Origin: Gammaproteobacteria bacterium
GTDB taxonomy: Bacteria; Pseudomonadota; Gammaproteobacteria; UBA4575
Assembly (NCBI GenBank): GCA_965222615.1
Contig: CBDCUI010000001.1
Coordinates: 1-11,987 of the forward strand
Direction: 5' to 3'
Length of the DNA: 11,987 nucleotides
In this document: one piece after another, positions 9,273 through 11,987 of the stretch
How the letters are laid out: the number at the start of each line of letters is the position of its first letter
Numbering within the stretch: the first letter of the stretch is position 1
Notes under the pieces: generated by a model
The model's database searches: none
What the model was told of the DNA's origin: nothing
The model's input: only the letters and a program-made list of their open reading frames with translations
Position numbers and translations under genes: made by a program

Positions 9273-10689
9273 TCAGCGGCCATAAACATCTTCAAACCTT
9301 GTAATATCATCTTCACCTAAATAGGTGCCTGATTGCACTTCGATCAATTCTAGTGAGATCATGCCAGGATTTTCTAAACGGTGTTTAGTGCCAATAGGAA
9401 TGTAAGTTGATTCATTTTCGCTTAATAAAAATTCATCCTCACCACGCGTGACTTTAGCGGTACCTTTCACAACAATCCAATGCTCGGCACGATGGTGATG
9501 CATTTGCAAGGATAATTTCTGTGTTGGATATACGGTGATACGTTTTACTTGAAAGCGATCTTCAATATCTATCGTCTCATAGGCTCCCCAGGGCCGATAA
9601 ACTTTGGGATGAATATCAACTTCTGTTCGATCTGCTTCCTTCAGCTTATTTACGATGGTTTTAACTTCTTGAGCACGATCTCTTGAAGTCACTAACACTG
9701 CATCAGCGGTTTCTATAATTACTTGATCTCTTAAGCCTACCGCAGTTACTAACCTATTATTAGCATGTATATAACAACCACTACAGTCTTCCGTTATGAT
9801 ATCCCCATGAGTACTATTGTCATCTTTATCTCTGTCAAAAGATTCCCATAAGGCGTGCCAAGATCCTACATCACTCCAACTGCTTTTTAATGGAACCACT
9901 GCTGCGTGATCAGTTTTTTCCATCACTGCGTAGTCAACCGAAATGTCAGGCGCATTCGCAAACGATTCTTCTCCTAAACGAATAAAATCCAGATCTTCCT
10001 TGCCCTTTGTATAGGCCTGGTGACAAGCATCATATATCTTGGGTTGTAAACGCTTAATTTCCTCTAAATACACCTCAGCACTAAATAAAAACATGCCACT
10101 GTTCCAAAGATAATCTCCACTGGCTAAATATTTTTCTGCAGTTGCCTGATTGGGCTTCTCAACGAACTCGTCTACTTTAAAAATATTCTTTATCACCATT
10201 ACTGGCTTGTTTGATATATCCGAAACCAGTTTCAGCGCGTGTTGGTACAACACCAAAAGTTACTAACATATTTTGTGCAGCCTGTTGTGCAACAGAAACA
10301 GCGTGTTTGAATGGTTGCAGATCTGTAATGATATGATCTGCAGGTAATACCAGTAATTGTGCATTTGGCGTTTTTTTAATAGCATGCATCGCCGCAATAG
10401 TTATTGCGGGCGCAGTATTACGACCTACTGGCTCCAAAATAATATCCGAGCCTTCAACGTTCATTTGGCGTAATTGCTCCGCCGCCATAAAGCGATGTTC
10501 GTCATTACAAATGACTAACAAACTTTCTACATTATTTAAATCTTTAACTCTTTCTACAGTAGCTTGGAATAAACTTTTATCCTCGTACAGCGGTAAAAAT
10601 TGTTTTGGATATAATTTTCTTGAAAGCGGCCACAGTCGTGTACCGGATCCACCTGATAACACCACTGGTAAAAGCAAAGGTATAGACAT
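9273..10689 (-). CDS. manC: Mannose-1-phosphate guanylyltransferase / mannose-6-phosphate isomerase (ManC/AlgA/XanB type), ~471 aa after repairing one +1 frameshift
   Basis: PVVLSGGSGTRLWPLSRKLYPKQFL, LEPVGRNTAPA, LPADH, ETGFGYI. Removing one base at 10179-10191 (A5 or T3 run) joins it to FVEKP, WNSGMF, ISVDYAVMEK, WSDVGSW and the C-terminal cupin RPWG..LSLQMHHHRAEHW..EVQSGTYLGEDDI..YGR. Confidence 0.96.
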
Positions 10690-10723
10690 AGTCGGTTAAT
10701 TTAATTATAGAGTTAACAATATA

Positions 10724-11987
10724 TTACGCTGTGTTGCGGGATCGTGCTCGCCATTGATATAGACATATTATAAGTAGAATACTAAATAAAATTGTGACAA
10801 TTACCCAATTTCCCCAGCGCGAATACGGCGTCTGCCCTGAATATGGATAAATTTTTGCTCGCACAACATCTTCTTGAAATTGTGCAGATTTATTTATTAT
10901 GGAGCCATCTGGAGAAATAACAGCCGATATTCCAGTATTGGTAGCACGCAATAAGTACCTACCGGTCTCAATCGCCCGTGACCGTGTAATTTCCAAATGT
11001 TGATGGGGAGCGAGTGAATCCCCAAACCATGCGTCATTACTTACGTTGATTAGCAATTTCGCATCTGGCATAGCTTCGATAATTTCATTTCCATAAACGG
11101 CTTCATAGCATATGGAAGTGCCGACCGGATGTCCTTTTAATTTTACTAGCGGCCTACCCTCGCCATTAGCGAGATCACCAATAGGGACTTGGATATAGTT
11201 CTCCAAAAAAGAAACCAAGCCACGAAACGGGATGTATTCTCCAAATGGAACCAAGTGTTGTTTTTGATAAAAACTTAATTCTTTTCCAAGTGCCATAACG
11301 CTATTGTAAACTTCTCCATTGTTAAGATTAGATGTAAACAACCCCACTAAAAACTCCACGTTTCTATTTTCAGAAGTTTCTATTAACTTTTTTATAAAAT
11401 TTTCTTTAACTAGAGTGTAATAAGTAGGTATTGCAGTTTCTGGCCATATAATAATATCTGCATCAAAGTGATTTTCACTTAGCTCCATATATTTATTCAT
11501 AATATAAGGATGCATTTTCTGATTCCATTTCATTTCTTGAGGAATATTTCCCTGCACTAGGGCTACATTTAATTCACTCTCATCCGCATGTGTCCACTGA
11601 ATTTGTGTAGATGTATATAAAAATAAAATCACAAACAATAGCGAAGCACTTGCAATTACTTTTTGTCTGTTTTGTCCTGTTATTACCACTACAACAAAAG
11701 TACTGATCAGCAAAGTCAACCACGAGGCACCATAGCTTCCTAAAATCGGGATACTTCCTTGCAATGGACTTGTGTGGTGCACATGCCCCACCAACAACCA
11801 TGGAAAACCGGTAAAGAACCAACCCCTTATCCATTCAAACAATACCCATAATACTGAAAACGCCAAAGCACTGATAAAATGCAATTTTTCATTGCATTTA
11901 AGTTTTGCCATTATTAAGGAAGCAAATGCCGGAAACAACGCAAGCACAAGAACTAATAATGCTGCCAAAAAAGCGCTTAATAATACT
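10724..11987 (-). CDS. lnt: Apolipoprotein N-acyltransferase; 5' end outside the window
   Basis: EWIRGWFFTGFPW, VALVQGNI, and the nitrilase-fold triad motifs WPETA (Glu), YQKQHLVPFGEYIP (Lys) and ICYE (Cys), plus NVSNDAWFG and RATNTGIS. The frame stays open upstream of 11968 to the window edge. Confidence 0.98.
   Translation of the reverse strand, partial: VLLSAFLAALLVLVLALFPAFASLIMAKLKCNEKLHFISALAFSVLWVLFEWIRGWFFTGFPWLLVGHVHHTSPLQGSIPILGSYGASWLTLLISTFVVVVITGQNRQKVIASASLLFVILFLYTSTQIQWTHADESELNVALVQGNIPQEMKWNQKMHPYIMNKYMELSENHFDADIIIWPETAIPTYYTLVKENFIKKLIETSENRNVEFLVGLFTSNLNNGEVYNSVMALGKELSFYQKQHLVPFGEYIPFRGLVSFLENYIQVPIGDLANGEGRPLVKLKGHPVGTSICYEAVYGNEIIEAMPDAKLLINVSNDAWFGDSLAPHQHLEITRSRAIETGRYLLRATNTGISAVISPDGSIINKSAQFQEDVVRAKIYPYSGQTPYSRWGNWVIVTILFSILLIICLYQWRARSRNTA

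Noticed and set aside
1-10689. Calling proA, holA, DUF1631, lptE, leuS and manC pseudogenes or programmed-frameshift genes
   Set aside because: Catalytic motifs are intact, I found no in-frame stops, and essential genes are hit. The runs are only 3-6 nt, shorter than typical slippage tracts, and I saw no shared shift signal. Sequencing error is the simpler explanation.
9208-10694. ATAGTCG repeated on both sides of manC as a possible insertion scar
   Set aside because: Only 7 bp match exactly, and one copy overlaps the start codon. This is within chance expectation.
5930-11834. ORFs 5930..6121, 10511..10699 and 11580..11834
   Set aside because: Short alternative-frame or antisense overlaps of glxR, manC and lnt with no supporting features.
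1-11987. CRISPR array, tRNA/rRNA, IS element, integrase or defence system
   Set aside because: All spacers are under 160 bp with no periodic repeats or cloverleaf motifs, and no ORF shows transposase, recombinase or nuclease motifs.

Overview
AT-rich, probably gammaproteobacterial housekeeping region. The minus strand carries lnt (5' end outside the window), manC-type GMP/PMI, leuS, lptE, then holA and proA (3' end outside the window). The normally adjacent lptE and holA are separated by a ~3.9 kb plus-strand block with two genes: a DUF1631-like protein (~938 aa once three frameshifts are repaired, with a 180-aa acidic linker) and a GlxR/GarR-type tartronate semialdehyde reductase. The block is flanked by an exact 11-bp direct repeat (CAACACTAATT), and the spacer between its two genes holds nested inverted repeats. 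Six genes carry eight apparent single-base frameshifts, seven at short homopolymers. Because essential genes are affected, these look like sequencing or assembly errors rather than pseudogenes. I saw no RNA gene, CRISPR array, transposase or integrase. The best candidate for something undescribed is the DUF1631-reductase insert, and the support for it is moderate.
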